From NCBI GenBank assembly GCA_046758365.1, contig JBHIAC010000110.1, positions 1-11,592 of the forward strand: a DNA stretch of 11,592 nucleotides, in the 5' to 3' direction. The translations under genes and the position numbers were made by a program. The notes beneath the pieces are model-generated. The model saw only the letters and a program-made list of their open reading frames with translations. It was not told the DNA's origin and made no database searches. This document shows positions 1 to 6,947 of this stretch, piece after piece. Source of the stretch: a bacterium. GTDB taxonomy: Bacteria; Zhuqueibacterota; Zhuqueibacteria; Oceanimicrobiales; Oceanimicrobiaceae. Each line of letters begins with the position of its first letter. Position 1 is the stretch's first letter.

Positions 1-1002
1 ACGACGGCAGAAATCTACGATGTCTTTTACAATGAGAAAATAATCGGTGAATCCTAGCTGGCTAATTACATTCAGCTCGTAATTGATCCGGTCGATGACT
101 TTTTGCGTCAAAGGGTGGTACCGTTCCCGAGCGCCCTGGAAGCAAAGCTTGCGCAGATAGGATTGGCTGGTTTCTCCCGTGGACACCTCCATGACGGGGA
201 AGATAGGCTTACCCAAATAAAAATGAAAGTTGCACGCTTCCGCGATGCATTGAGTATTTTGAATGGCTTGCGGGAATTTAGCGAACAGCTGCCGCATTTG
301 TGCTGGCGATTTTAGATACTGCTCCTTGTGGCCGGCGGTCCGAACCCGCTCCCGCAGGGTGTTCTGATCGATGGCGTGCAGCACCTGTCGCAGAGGTAAA
401 TCCTCGGGTGAGAGCAAGTGCACGTCGTTGGTGGCGACCAGGGGCACCCCGCACTTCAGAGCGATTTCTCGCAGCCTTTCGTTGAGGAAATCATCCCAGG
501 GGACAAACCGCTGAATTTCCAGATAAAAATTCTCTCCAAATTGATCTTTCATCCAGCGGCCGTGCGCCTCGGCCTCTTCCAAATTGCGACTCAGCACCAG
601 TTGAGAGATGAGGCCCTTTTTCCCGCCGGAAAGCACAATGAGTCCCTCTTTGTAGGCAAGAATGTCTTTCATCTCACATTTAAAATTCAGATGCCCACCT
701 CGCAGATAGGCCACCGTGATGATTTGGCAGAGGTGTTGATACCCCTGAGTATCTTTCGCCAAAAGCACTAAGCAGGTGCCATCGGTCAGGGAGACCTGGG
801 TGCCGATGATGGGCTTAACCCCTAACTCCTGACAAATCTGGTAAAATTCCACGGCGCCGTAAAGACCGTTGTGGTCGGTCAAGGCTAGCGTAGACAGGCC
901 AAGTTGTTTGGTCCGTTCTACCAGCGTTCGGATGGGTAGCGTGCCATCCAGAAAACTAAAGTTACTGTGTGTGTGAAGGTGGACAAAAGTATTCATCTTC
1001 AT
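1..1002 (-). CDS. dnaE2: DNA polymerase III alpha subunit family (family C), most likely error-prone DnaE2/ImuC; 5' part only, runs off the left edge
   Basis: Manual translation gives a stop-free frame of 334 codons from ATG 1002 (alternative ATG 996; in-frame TAA at 1017-1015): MKMNTFVHLHTHSNFSFLDG...LALTDHNGLYGAVEF...GVKPIIGTQVSLTDGTCLVLLAKDTQGYQHLCQIIT...FYLEIQ...PLVATNDVH...EQYLKSPAQM...ELNVISQLGFTDYFLIVKDIVDFCRR. This is a PHP domain followed by the start of the palm. SNFSFLDG, the short G-x-x-x-x-L-x-DG-x-x-LVLLA linker and YFLIVxDIV resemble DnaE2 more than replicative DnaE1. Family assignment is near certain; the subtype is less so. Confidence 0.85.
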   Translation of the reverse strand, partial: MKMNTFVHLHTHSNFSFLDGTLPIRTLVERTKQLGLSTLALTDHNGLYGAVEFYQICQELGVKPIIGTQVSLTDGTCLVLLAKDTQGYQHLCQIITVAYLRGGHLNFKCEMKDILAYKEGLIVLSGGKKGLISQLVLSRNLEEAEAHGRWMKDQFGENFYLEIQRFVPWDDFLNERLREIALKCGVPLVATNDVHLLSPEDLPLRQVLHAIDQNTLRERVRTAGHKEQYLKSPAQMRQLFAKFPQAIQNTQCIAEACNFHFYLGKPIFPVMEVSTGETSQSYLRKLCFQGARERYHPLTQKVIDRINYELNVISQLGFTDYFLIVKDIVDFCRR

Positions 1003-1016
1003 GAAATTGATTACTT

Positions 1017-1051
1017 AACCATAAGACAAAAAGAGCACAAAGAACTCTAAC
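1017..1051. repeat. Degenerate 9-mer tandem repeat (ACACAAAG-like)
   Basis: aaccataa-gacaaaaag-agcacaaag-aactctaac, immediately upstream of the dnaE2 start. Confidence 0.4.
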
Positions 1052-1146
1052 ATGCTTAAAATTCTTAGACCCAATAATTCTCTTGCTTAAAGCAATCCTA
1101 AAATGCTCAATGGACATCCTCGCCTGCGACTTTAATTGAAAAGTGG

Positions 1147-1165
1147 ATTAATGTTCACCATTAAT
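1147..1165. promoter_or_regulatory. Perfect palindrome ATTAATG-N5-CATTAAT, candidate repressor operator
   Basis: 7-bp arms at 1147-1153 and 1159-1165. It overlaps the predicted -10 box and start site of the dnaE2 promoter. Confidence 0.5.
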
Positions 1166-1191
1166 ATAATAATTTTTGAGGTTCAATGCAA
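1163..1191 (-). promoter_or_regulatory. Sigma70-type promoter for dnaE2
   Basis: Minus strand TTGCAT (1191-1186), 17-nt spacer, TATATT (1168-1163). Predicted start site near 1156, giving a ~150-nt leader. Confidence 0.55.
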
Positions 1192-1324
1192 GTAAAAAGA
1201 TTATTAAATAATCGAAAAATAAAGAATACAAATTATAAATTTGTGAAATCTGACGAAATAAAAAGTATTCATCCTTTGTAGTAATTTATAGAAAAAAATT
1301 GAAGAATTAAGGAGTTGTACCCCC

Positions 1325-3478
1325 ATGTTTAAGACAGTAGCACTTGTAATCAGCATGTTTGGCATGATAACGGCGGCGTATTTAGAACTAAAGCCAGACA
1401 AATTACAAATCAAACAATTTGACAAAGAAGGCACAAAATACAATGTGCGCATCCTGCGTGATACCTGGGGTGTGCCGCACATTTTTGGTGTGACTGATGC
1501 AGACGCGGCTTATGGGTTAGCCTATGCCCATTCTGAAGATGACTTCATCACTATTCAGCGCTCTATGCTGTCAGCGCGTGGTCGAATGGCTTCGGTCTTC
1601 GGACTCAAAGCCGTACCAAATGACTACTTAGTTCATCTATTGCGCATTTGGGATATAGTCAACGCCAAATATGACTCTGAGATGAGTGCCGAAACTCGAG
1701 CCATTTGTAAAGGGTATGCAGACGGCTTAAACCATTATGCATCGCTTCACCCAGATGAAGTATTACCTGGATTGTTTCCAGTCACAGGAAAAGACGTGGT
1801 GGCCGGATTTGTTCTTAAAATTCCTCTGTTCTTTGGACTTCATAATACGCTGAAAGAACTTTATGAGCCGAAACGAATGCATGTGGTCTCTACCCCTCCT
1901 TTAGTAAAAAATTCAAAAAATTCACAGTTCCAGATGGACTGGAATATGTCCTATGGCTCTAATACTTTCAGTGTTGCACCAAGTCGTTCAGCCGAAGGCA
2001 AAACATTATTAGCTGTGAATTCGCACCAACCTTGGGAAGGACCGCTAACCTGGTATGAAGCACATCTGCACAGTGAGGAAGGCTGGGACATGGTAGGCGG
2101 TGTCTTTCCAGGAACACCTGTTGTGCTGCATGGTCACAACCGCCATCTTGGTTGGGCGCACACCGTGAATAAACCAGATCTGGTGGACGTGTATGTTCTT
2201 GACATTAATCCAGAAAATCCAAATCAGTATCTTTTTGATGGCGAATGGCGAGAGCTGGAGGTCCGAACAGCAGCAATAAAAGTAAAGCTGATTGGACCAA
2301 TTTCGCGGACCATCAATCAGGAGGTTTTATGGTCTGAATATGGCCCTGTGGTAAGGCGGCCGCACGGCACCTATGCGATTCGCTATGCTGGATATGGAGA
2401 AATCCGACAAATTGAACAATGGTACCGCATGAACAAAGCTCGAAACTTTATTGAATGGCAAGATGCCATGCGTTTAAGAGCTATTCCGATGTTCAACTGT
2501 GGATATGCCGATTCCGAAGGTAATATTTTATTTCTATATAATGCCTTGCTACCGATCCGTGACGAAGGCTATGATTGGTCACAATATTTGCCAGGTAACA
2601 CCTCAAATACTTTGTGGACCGACTATTTACCGTTTGAGCTGTTACCGCAGGTCAAGAACCCCTCATCAGGTTTTATACAAAACTGTAATAGCACCCCATT
2701 TCAAACAACGATTGGCCCAGATAATCCAAAACCTGAGAATTACCCACAATCTTTCGGAATCGAGACCTCTATGACCAATCGCGCTTTGCGAGCTTTAGAA
2801 TTGTTTGGTTCAGATGAATCTATCACTGAAAAGGAATTTTATCAATATAAGTACGATGAAACCTATTCAACTAAATCTGATGTTGCGATGTATGTACAGC
2901 AAATTCTAAACGCTCCTGTTCCAGACGACCCGATTGCACAGGAAGCCTTAGAGGTTTTGCGAGCCTGGGATTTGAAGACAGATCCTGAAAATAAAGGAGC
3001 TGCCCTTGCAGTATTAACTTTAAAAACCCTTTTTCAGAATCAGGAACATAAAAGCAGCCTGTCCAGCTTAATGGAAACCTTTGTCAAGAAAGCTCGAGAG
3101 TTGAAACGAGCCTATGGACGCATTAATGTCCCGTGGAAGACAGTGAATCGGTTGATTCGTGGTAAGCTTAATCTTGGCATGGGAGGTGCTCCAGATGTTT
3201 TGCATGCAGTGTATAGTGATAAAATTGCAGATGGGCGCCTAAAAGGCAAAGTAGGAGATTCCTATATATTGTTAGTTTCCTGGGATGCAAACGGCCGGGT
3301 TAGCTCGCACAGCATTCATCAGTACGGCAGTGCAACTATAGATAAGAACTCGCTCCACTATGCCGACCAAGCCTTCTATTTCACGCAGCGAAAGTTGAAG
3401 CCGGTATGGCTCGACGAAGCGGATATTCGCGCACACTTAGAACGTGAATATCGCCCTGGTGATGAATTTGAGCAATAG
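1325..3478 (+). CDS. Penicillin/cephalosporin acylase family Ntn-hydrolase (peptidase S45), exported or membrane-anchored precursor
   Basis: 717 aa with AGGAG at 1310-1314 and a hydrophobic N-terminus. Alpha-chain motifs RDTWGVPHI and YGLAYAHSED are present. The autoprocessing site is G|SNTFSVAPSRS (Ser212, codon 1958-1960). His-beta23 (NSHQPW), Val-beta70 (HTVN) and Asn-beta244 (QNCNSTP) are present, as is the C-terminal HYADQA motif. Confidence 0.93.
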   Translation: MFKTVALVISMFGMITAAYLELKPDKLQIKQFDKEGTKYNVRILRDTWGVPHIFGVTDADAAYGLAYAHSEDDFITIQRSMLSARGRMASVFGLKAVPNDYLVHLLRIWDIVNAKYDSEMSAETRAICKGYADGLNHYASLHPDEVLPGLFPVTGKDVVAGFVLKIPLFFGLHNTLKELYEPKRMHVVSTPPLVKNSKNSQFQMDWNMSYGSNTFSVAPSRSAEGKTLLAVNSHQPWEGPLTWYEAHLHSEEGWDMVGGVFPGTPVVLHGHNRHLGWAHTVNKPDLVDVYVLDINPENPNQYLFDGEWRELEVRTAAIKVKLIGPISRTINQEVLWSEYGPVVRRPHGTYAIRYAGYGEIRQIEQWYRMNKARNFIEWQDAMRLRAIPMFNCGYADSEGNILFLYNALLPIRDEGYDWSQYLPGNTSNTLWTDYLPFELLPQVKNPSSGFIQNCNSTPFQTTIGPDNPKPENYPQSFGIETSMTNRALRALELFGSDESITEKEFYQYKYDETYSTKSDVAMYVQQILNAPVPDDPIAQEALEVLRAWDLKTDPENKGAALAVLTLKTLFQNQEHKSSLSSLMETFVKKARELKRAYGRINVPWKTVNRLIRGKLNLGMGGAPDVLHAVYSDKIADGRLKGKVGDSYILLVSWDANGRVSSHSIHQYGSATIDKNSLHYADQAFYFTQRKLKPVWLDEADIRAHLEREYRPGDEFEQ

Positions 3479-3480
3479 CT

Positions 3481-3585
3481 TAGAGACATGGACGAAAACC
3501 CCAAATTTGCAGAATTAACAACATCTAAGTTATTGTTTTTTTGATCGAGTTTTTTCTAAAAATATACTTTCCGTCCACGTCTTTA
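3481..3585. mobile_element. MITE-like element 1 (105 bp) with imperfect 18-bp terminal inverted repeats
   Basis: tagagacatggacgaaaa (3481-3498) versus tttccgtccacgtcttta (3568-3585), 15/18 complementary, with TA at both outer ends. Internal TAAGTTATTGTTT (3526-3538) is one mismatch from the IHF consensus WATCAA-N4-TTR on the minus strand. No ORF. Confidence 0.6.
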
Positions 3586-3587
3586 GA

Positions 3588-3695
3588 AGTCTGGCCGAAA
3601 TCCAACTATCCTGCTCAATCGAGCCTCTACGCGAGATGAAAATCCCGACCATCCATATAAAATGAATATCAGAATTAAGGCATTTTGGTTAGATT
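3588..3695 (+). repeat. Degenerate inverted-repeat element or candidate structured RNA
   Basis: agtctggccgaaat (3588-3601) pairs with attttggttagatt (3682-3695) over 14 bp using 4 G-U pairs on the + strand. Internal hairpins are gctc-aatc-gagc and cgagat-GAAA-atcccg. Confidence 0.4.
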
Positions 3696-3714
3696 ACTTG
3701 TCCGATGTACATCA

Positions 3715-3809
3715 ATGACGTAGGTGCAAAAATAGGATAATTTCAACTTTAAGTACGTCCTTTACAACTTAAGAATTTTAGCTACCAACCCTTTTTGCAC
3801 CTACGTCAT
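3715..3809. mobile_element. MITE-like element (95 bp) with perfect 18-bp terminal inverted repeats
   Basis: atgacgtaggtgcaaaaa (3715-3732) and tttttgcacctacgtcat (3792-3809) are exact reverse complements. The 59-nt interior contains ttaagt-N12-acttaa (3749-3772). Confidence 0.7.
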
Positions 3810-3831
3810 AAATTTAAAAGCAAGTTATTCC

Positions 3832-3862
3832 CACTGTTTAGGCAGATTAGCCCAAAACAGTG
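3832..3862 (-). terminator. Stem-loop just after the DUF4136 gene stop; possible terminator or 3'-stabilising hairpin
   Basis: Minus strand cactgttt(t)gggc-taatct-gcct-aaacagtg forms about 12 bp with one bulge. There is no immediate U-tract, so intrinsic termination is uncertain. Confidence 0.4.
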
Positions 3863-3866
3863 ATTA

Positions 3867-4391
3867 TCACTGTGGAGGATATTTCTCGAGAATTTTATTT
3901 ACGGCTTCGTTAATTTTCTCTTCAGATTCTTCTGGGTCGCCAACTACGCCTACAGCCCAACCGCGCCAGACGAGTTGATTTAACTCTGGGTCAACGATGT
4001 CTATGATGATTGTGCCTTCCTTGTAACGGTGAGCATAAACCCTGCGTCCTCGAGGCCATCCACGCCAGTATCCATAATTCACCGTGGACACATCTACTTT
4101 CTGCTTGACACCAACATGATAGACAATCACAGCATCCGTTTTCCCTGCTTCTTTTATTTTATAACCTTTAGCCCTTAAATCGCTTTCAACAGCTCTTCTT
4201 ATGCGTTTATCTACGAGTGAATTTTTTTGCACCACATCACGACGGCGTTTTTTGGGATAAGCCATCCATTTATAAGATTTATATTTGGCAAAATTAACCT
4301 CGCGGTCGTAGTCTGATTTTATGGTAATTGATGAACAACTCATAAGTCCAAGCATCAGACCAAAACAAAGTAAAACACGGATAAGTTTCAT
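3867..4391 (-). CDS. DUF4136-like lipoprotein
   Basis: Lipobox LMS-C; motifs DYDREVNFAKYKSYKW, Y.EGTIIIDIVDP..NQLVWRGWA and INEAVNKILEKYPP. GAGGAGGT lies 7 nt before ATG 4391 but only 1 nt before the track's ATG 4397, so 4391 is preferred (174 aa). Tandem TGA TAA stops. Confidence 0.85.
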   Translation of the reverse strand: MKLIRVLLCFGLMLGLMSCSSITIKSDYDREVNFAKYKSYKWMAYPKKRRRDVVQKNSLVDKRIRRAVESDLRAKGYKIKEAGKTDAVIVYHVGVKQKVDVSTVNYGYWRGWPRGRRVYAHRYKEGTIIIDIVDPELNQLVWRGWAVGVVGDPEESEEKINEAVNKILEKYPPQ

Positions 4392-4511
4392 GGTCATTAC
4401 CTCCTCAAGTTTGTTAAATAAATAAAATCATTTTATCATTTAATTTAAGTTTCATAATATAAGAAATTTAATAACGATAATTTTACTTTTATCATAATAT
4501 ATTCGAGATAA

Positions 4512-5636
4512 TTACCGAACCCGTTTCTGAAACTTCAACGAACTCAATCCTAAAATCACAACCCCAAAACCAACTAGACTTAGAATTTCACTCATTAAAA
4601 ATTTTGCGGAACTTCCTTTTAAAAAAATTTCCCGCAAGATGATCACAAAATATCTCATAGGGTCAAGATAGGTTATTTTTTGAATAAATATAGGCATATT
4701 TTCAATAGGAAAAAAGAACCCCGACATAAAAATCATAAAAATCATAAAGAACCAGGAAATAAACATGGCCTGTTGTTGCGTCTGAGCCAATGTGGAGATA
4801 AATATACCCAGCCCTAAAGTCGAGAGAAGGTAAAGAGCCGCTATACTAAAAAGAAGAAACAAACTACCCGACACCGTCAGTTGAAACACCACGAAGGCTA
4901 CTAGTAACATCAGGGCAAGGGCAAAAAATCCGAGTATATGAAATGGTAATACTTTGCCCAATATTAACTGCCAGGTTTTAATTGGCGTAACCATGAGCTG
5001 TTCAAGGGTACCAATTTCTTTTTCCCTTACCAGAGCCATAGAAGACAAAAACATACTGAGGAGTGTTAAAAGTACCGCTACAAGCCCAGGTACCATATAA
5101 TTCTTGCTTTCCAAATCAAGGTTGTACCACATCCTGGTTTGAGGTTCAACAATCGAAGCTTTGTTCAAATGGGCAGCGAAGGATTGATTTGACATAACAA
5201 TTTCTTTGGCAAAATCTGAGAGAATGCCCTGGGCGTATCCGAGAGCGATTCCCGCTGTGTTGCCGTCTAAACCATCAACGATTAATTGGATTTCAGGGCG
5301 GAGTTTGCGTTCCAAATCCCGTGCAAAATCTTGTGGAATGACGACAACCATCTGAGCTTTCCACTCATCAATTTGTTTTCGCAGATTTGTTTGACCCCGG
5401 ATATAACCCTTAACAGCAAAATAAGGATTATTTTCAAATTTGCGACCAATCTCACGGCTCCTGGGACTGTTGTCGTAATCAACCATAATTATATTGACAT
5501 TTTTAATATCAATGGTAATGGCAAAACCCATCACAGTCAATTGCACCAGAGGGGCAAAAAATATGATAAATAGCATGGGCCTATCACGAAAAACCTGTCT
5601 GAATTCCTTTTGAATTAAATATAAAATCTGCTGCAT
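4512..5636 (-). CDS. ABC-2 type transporter permease (YbhR-like)
   Basis: 374 aa: KEFRQVFRD, one TM, a large extracytoplasmic loop, then about five TMs; REKEIGTLEQLMVTP and MSGFFFPIENMP motifs. Starts 2 nt after the upstream stop, with a GAGGT SD. Confidence 0.92.
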   Translation of the reverse strand: MQQILYLIQKEFRQVFRDRPMLFIIFFAPLVQLTVMGFAITIDIKNVNIIMVDYDNSPRSREIGRKFENNPYFAVKGYIRGQTNLRKQIDEWKAQMVVVIPQDFARDLERKLRPEIQLIVDGLDGNTAGIALGYAQGILSDFAKEIVMSNQSFAAHLNKASIVEPQTRMWYNLDLESKNYMVPGLVAVLLTLLSMFLSSMALVREKEIGTLEQLMVTPIKTWQLILGKVLPFHILGFFALALMLLVAFVVFQLTVSGSLFLLFSIAALYLLSTLGLGIFISTLAQTQQQAMFISWFFMIFMIFMSGFFFPIENMPIFIQKITYLDPMRYFVIILREIFLKGSSAKFLMSEILSLVGFGVVILGLSSLKFQKRVR

Positions 5637-5638
5637 AA

Positions 5639-6739
5639 TTAGACCTCGAGGGTTGATTTAAATTTTTTAGTGCTAACGATGAGCAGAACAAAACCAATAG
5701 CAACCAAAATCGATATTTCCGGTAGAAGCTGATTAAGTGTATTTCCTTTTAGCATGACGCCCCGAATGACCACCATAAAATAACGAGCGGGGACAGCATA
5801 AGTTAGAAGTTGTAAAATTTTGGGCATACTGGTAATGGGGAAAATAAATCCTGAAAGCAACACCGTTGGCAGCAAAGTTGCCATCAAAGCCATCATCATG
5901 GCGACTTGCTGAGTTTGTGCTTTTGTGGAGATAAGTAGACCCAAACTTAAGGCCGCAAAAATAAAAATTAATGACGAAAATAATAACAATCCGAGACCCC
6001 CCACAAAAGGGACTTTAAATACAAAATGCGCAATTAAAAGGATTATGATCAAATCTACAAAGGCCAAAAAAATGTACGGTACGACTTTCCCAATAATTAT
6101 TTCTATGGGTCTAATGGGTGAAACTAATATTTGTTCCATGGTGCCTGTTTCTTTTTCTCGAACAATGGCAATACTGGTTAACATGGCAGATATCATAATT
6201 AAAATCAATGCCGCCAGGCCGGGTACAAAAAAATAAGCGCTCTTTAGAGCAGGATTGTACCAAATCGTGGGTTGAATATCCATGATTGGGATCGTTGCCT
6301 TTTCAACACTATAGGATTGAAATATGATATTGGAGTAATTCCGGATAGCTTGCGATGCATTGGGATCGCTGGCATCAATGAGTACCTGAACGTGGGTTTT
6401 TGATTGACGGCGCAACTTTTTGGAAAAATCTTTGGGAATAATTAAAATCATACGACCAGTGCGCCAAGAAAAAAATGATTCTAATTCAGATTCAGGACCA
6501 TTAAAGCGCTGAACAGTAAAATACTTACTTCCTTCGAATTTACGAATTAAAGCGCGGCTATCCGGACTTTTATTATGATCCAATACAACAAGATCGATAT
6601 TTTGAATTTCCAGATTAAAAGCATAGCCATATAAAAATAACATGGTGATGGGCATAACAATGACTATAATTAAAGTCCGAAAATCCCGTGAAATGTGGAT
6701 GAATTCTTTTATTATGATTGGTATGATTCGTGATTTCAC
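5639..6739 (-). CDS. ABC-2 type transporter permease (YbhS-like)
   Basis: 366 aa with a GTG start; KEFIHISRD, LFLYGYA, REKETGTMEQILVSP and LLSGFIFPITSMP motifs. Confidence 0.92.
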   Translation of the reverse strand: MKSRIIPIIIKEFIHISRDFRTLIIVIVMPITMLFLYGYAFNLEIQNIDLVVLDHNKSPDSRALIRKFEGSKYFTVQRFNGPESELESFFSWRTGRMILIIPKDFSKKLRRQSKTHVQVLIDASDPNASQAIRNYSNIIFQSYSVEKATIPIMDIQPTIWYNPALKSAYFFVPGLAALILIMISAMLTSIAIVREKETGTMEQILVSPIRPIEIIIGKVVPYIFLAFVDLIIILLIAHFVFKVPFVGGLGLLLFSSLIFIFAALSLGLLISTKAQTQQVAMMMALMATLLPTVLLSGFIFPITSMPKILQLLTYAVPARYFMVVIRGVMLKGNTLNQLLPEISILVAIGFVLLIVSTKKFKSTLEV

Positions 6740-6753
6740 AACAAACTCTTGTT

Positions 6754-6935
6754 AAATGAAAAATGAAAAGTCAAAAGTGAAAAGAGCAAAATTGCCCCCG
6801 AAATGTATCTTATAAAGCCTGTTTTTACAATTTCAATATTTCAATAATCCATTTTCACATCAGTCATTAAGAATAGCTTATGTAATTTCCTTAACAGCTT
6901 TATATTTTTAATACTCATTTTGCAATTTGCACTAT
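6754..6935. repeat. Two oppositely oriented heptamer arrays flanking ~120 nt
   Basis: Left: aaatgaa-aaatgaa-aagtcaa-aagtgaa-aagagca-aaattgc (6754-6795). Right: tcatttt-gcaattt-gcactat (6915-6935), whose reverse complement is atagtgc-aaattgc-aaaatga. Confidence 0.6.
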
Positions 6936-6947
6936 GATTAATGTATT

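Noticed and set aside
103..771. Plus-strand ORFs 103-315, 300-485 and 418-771
   Set aside because: These are antisense shadows of the dnaE-family gene and have no recognisable motifs.
962..1117. 51-codon minus-strand ORF (MSIEHFRIAL...) in the dnaE2 leader, overlapping its start out of frame
   Set aside because: GAGG abuts the ATG with no spacing, the ORF runs through a repeat remnant, and it resembles no known family. It cannot be supported without ribosome profiling.
985..1273. 13-nt direct repeat aaaagtattcatc at 985-997 and 1261-1273 (both read ATG AAT ACT TTT on the minus strand)
   Set aside because: It is short and AT-rich and does not extend. It could be a duplication scar but is indistinguishable from chance here.
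1204..1482. 92-aa minus-strand ORF
   Set aside because: It overlaps the acylase start on the opposite strand and continues into low-complexity AT-rich DNA.
2499..2774. 91-aa alternative-frame ORF inside the acylase
   Set aside because: It is nested in a well-supported gene and has no motif.
3479..3866. CRISPR array or integron attC sites
   Set aside because: There are no recurring direct repeats with spacers, the three elements have different arms, the RYYYAAC/GTTRRRY core pairs do not bound them, and no cas or intI gene is present.
4422..4501. ATAAAAT-C-ATTTTAT 7-1-7 dyad (Fur/PerR-like) and tcataatata repeated at 4452 and 4492
   Set aside because: The region is extremely AT-rich, so such matches are expected by chance, and the fit to Fur or Per consensus is only partial.
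5282..6236. ORFs 5282-5482, 5286-5573 and 5925-6236
   Set aside because: They are alternative-frame or antisense to the permease genes.
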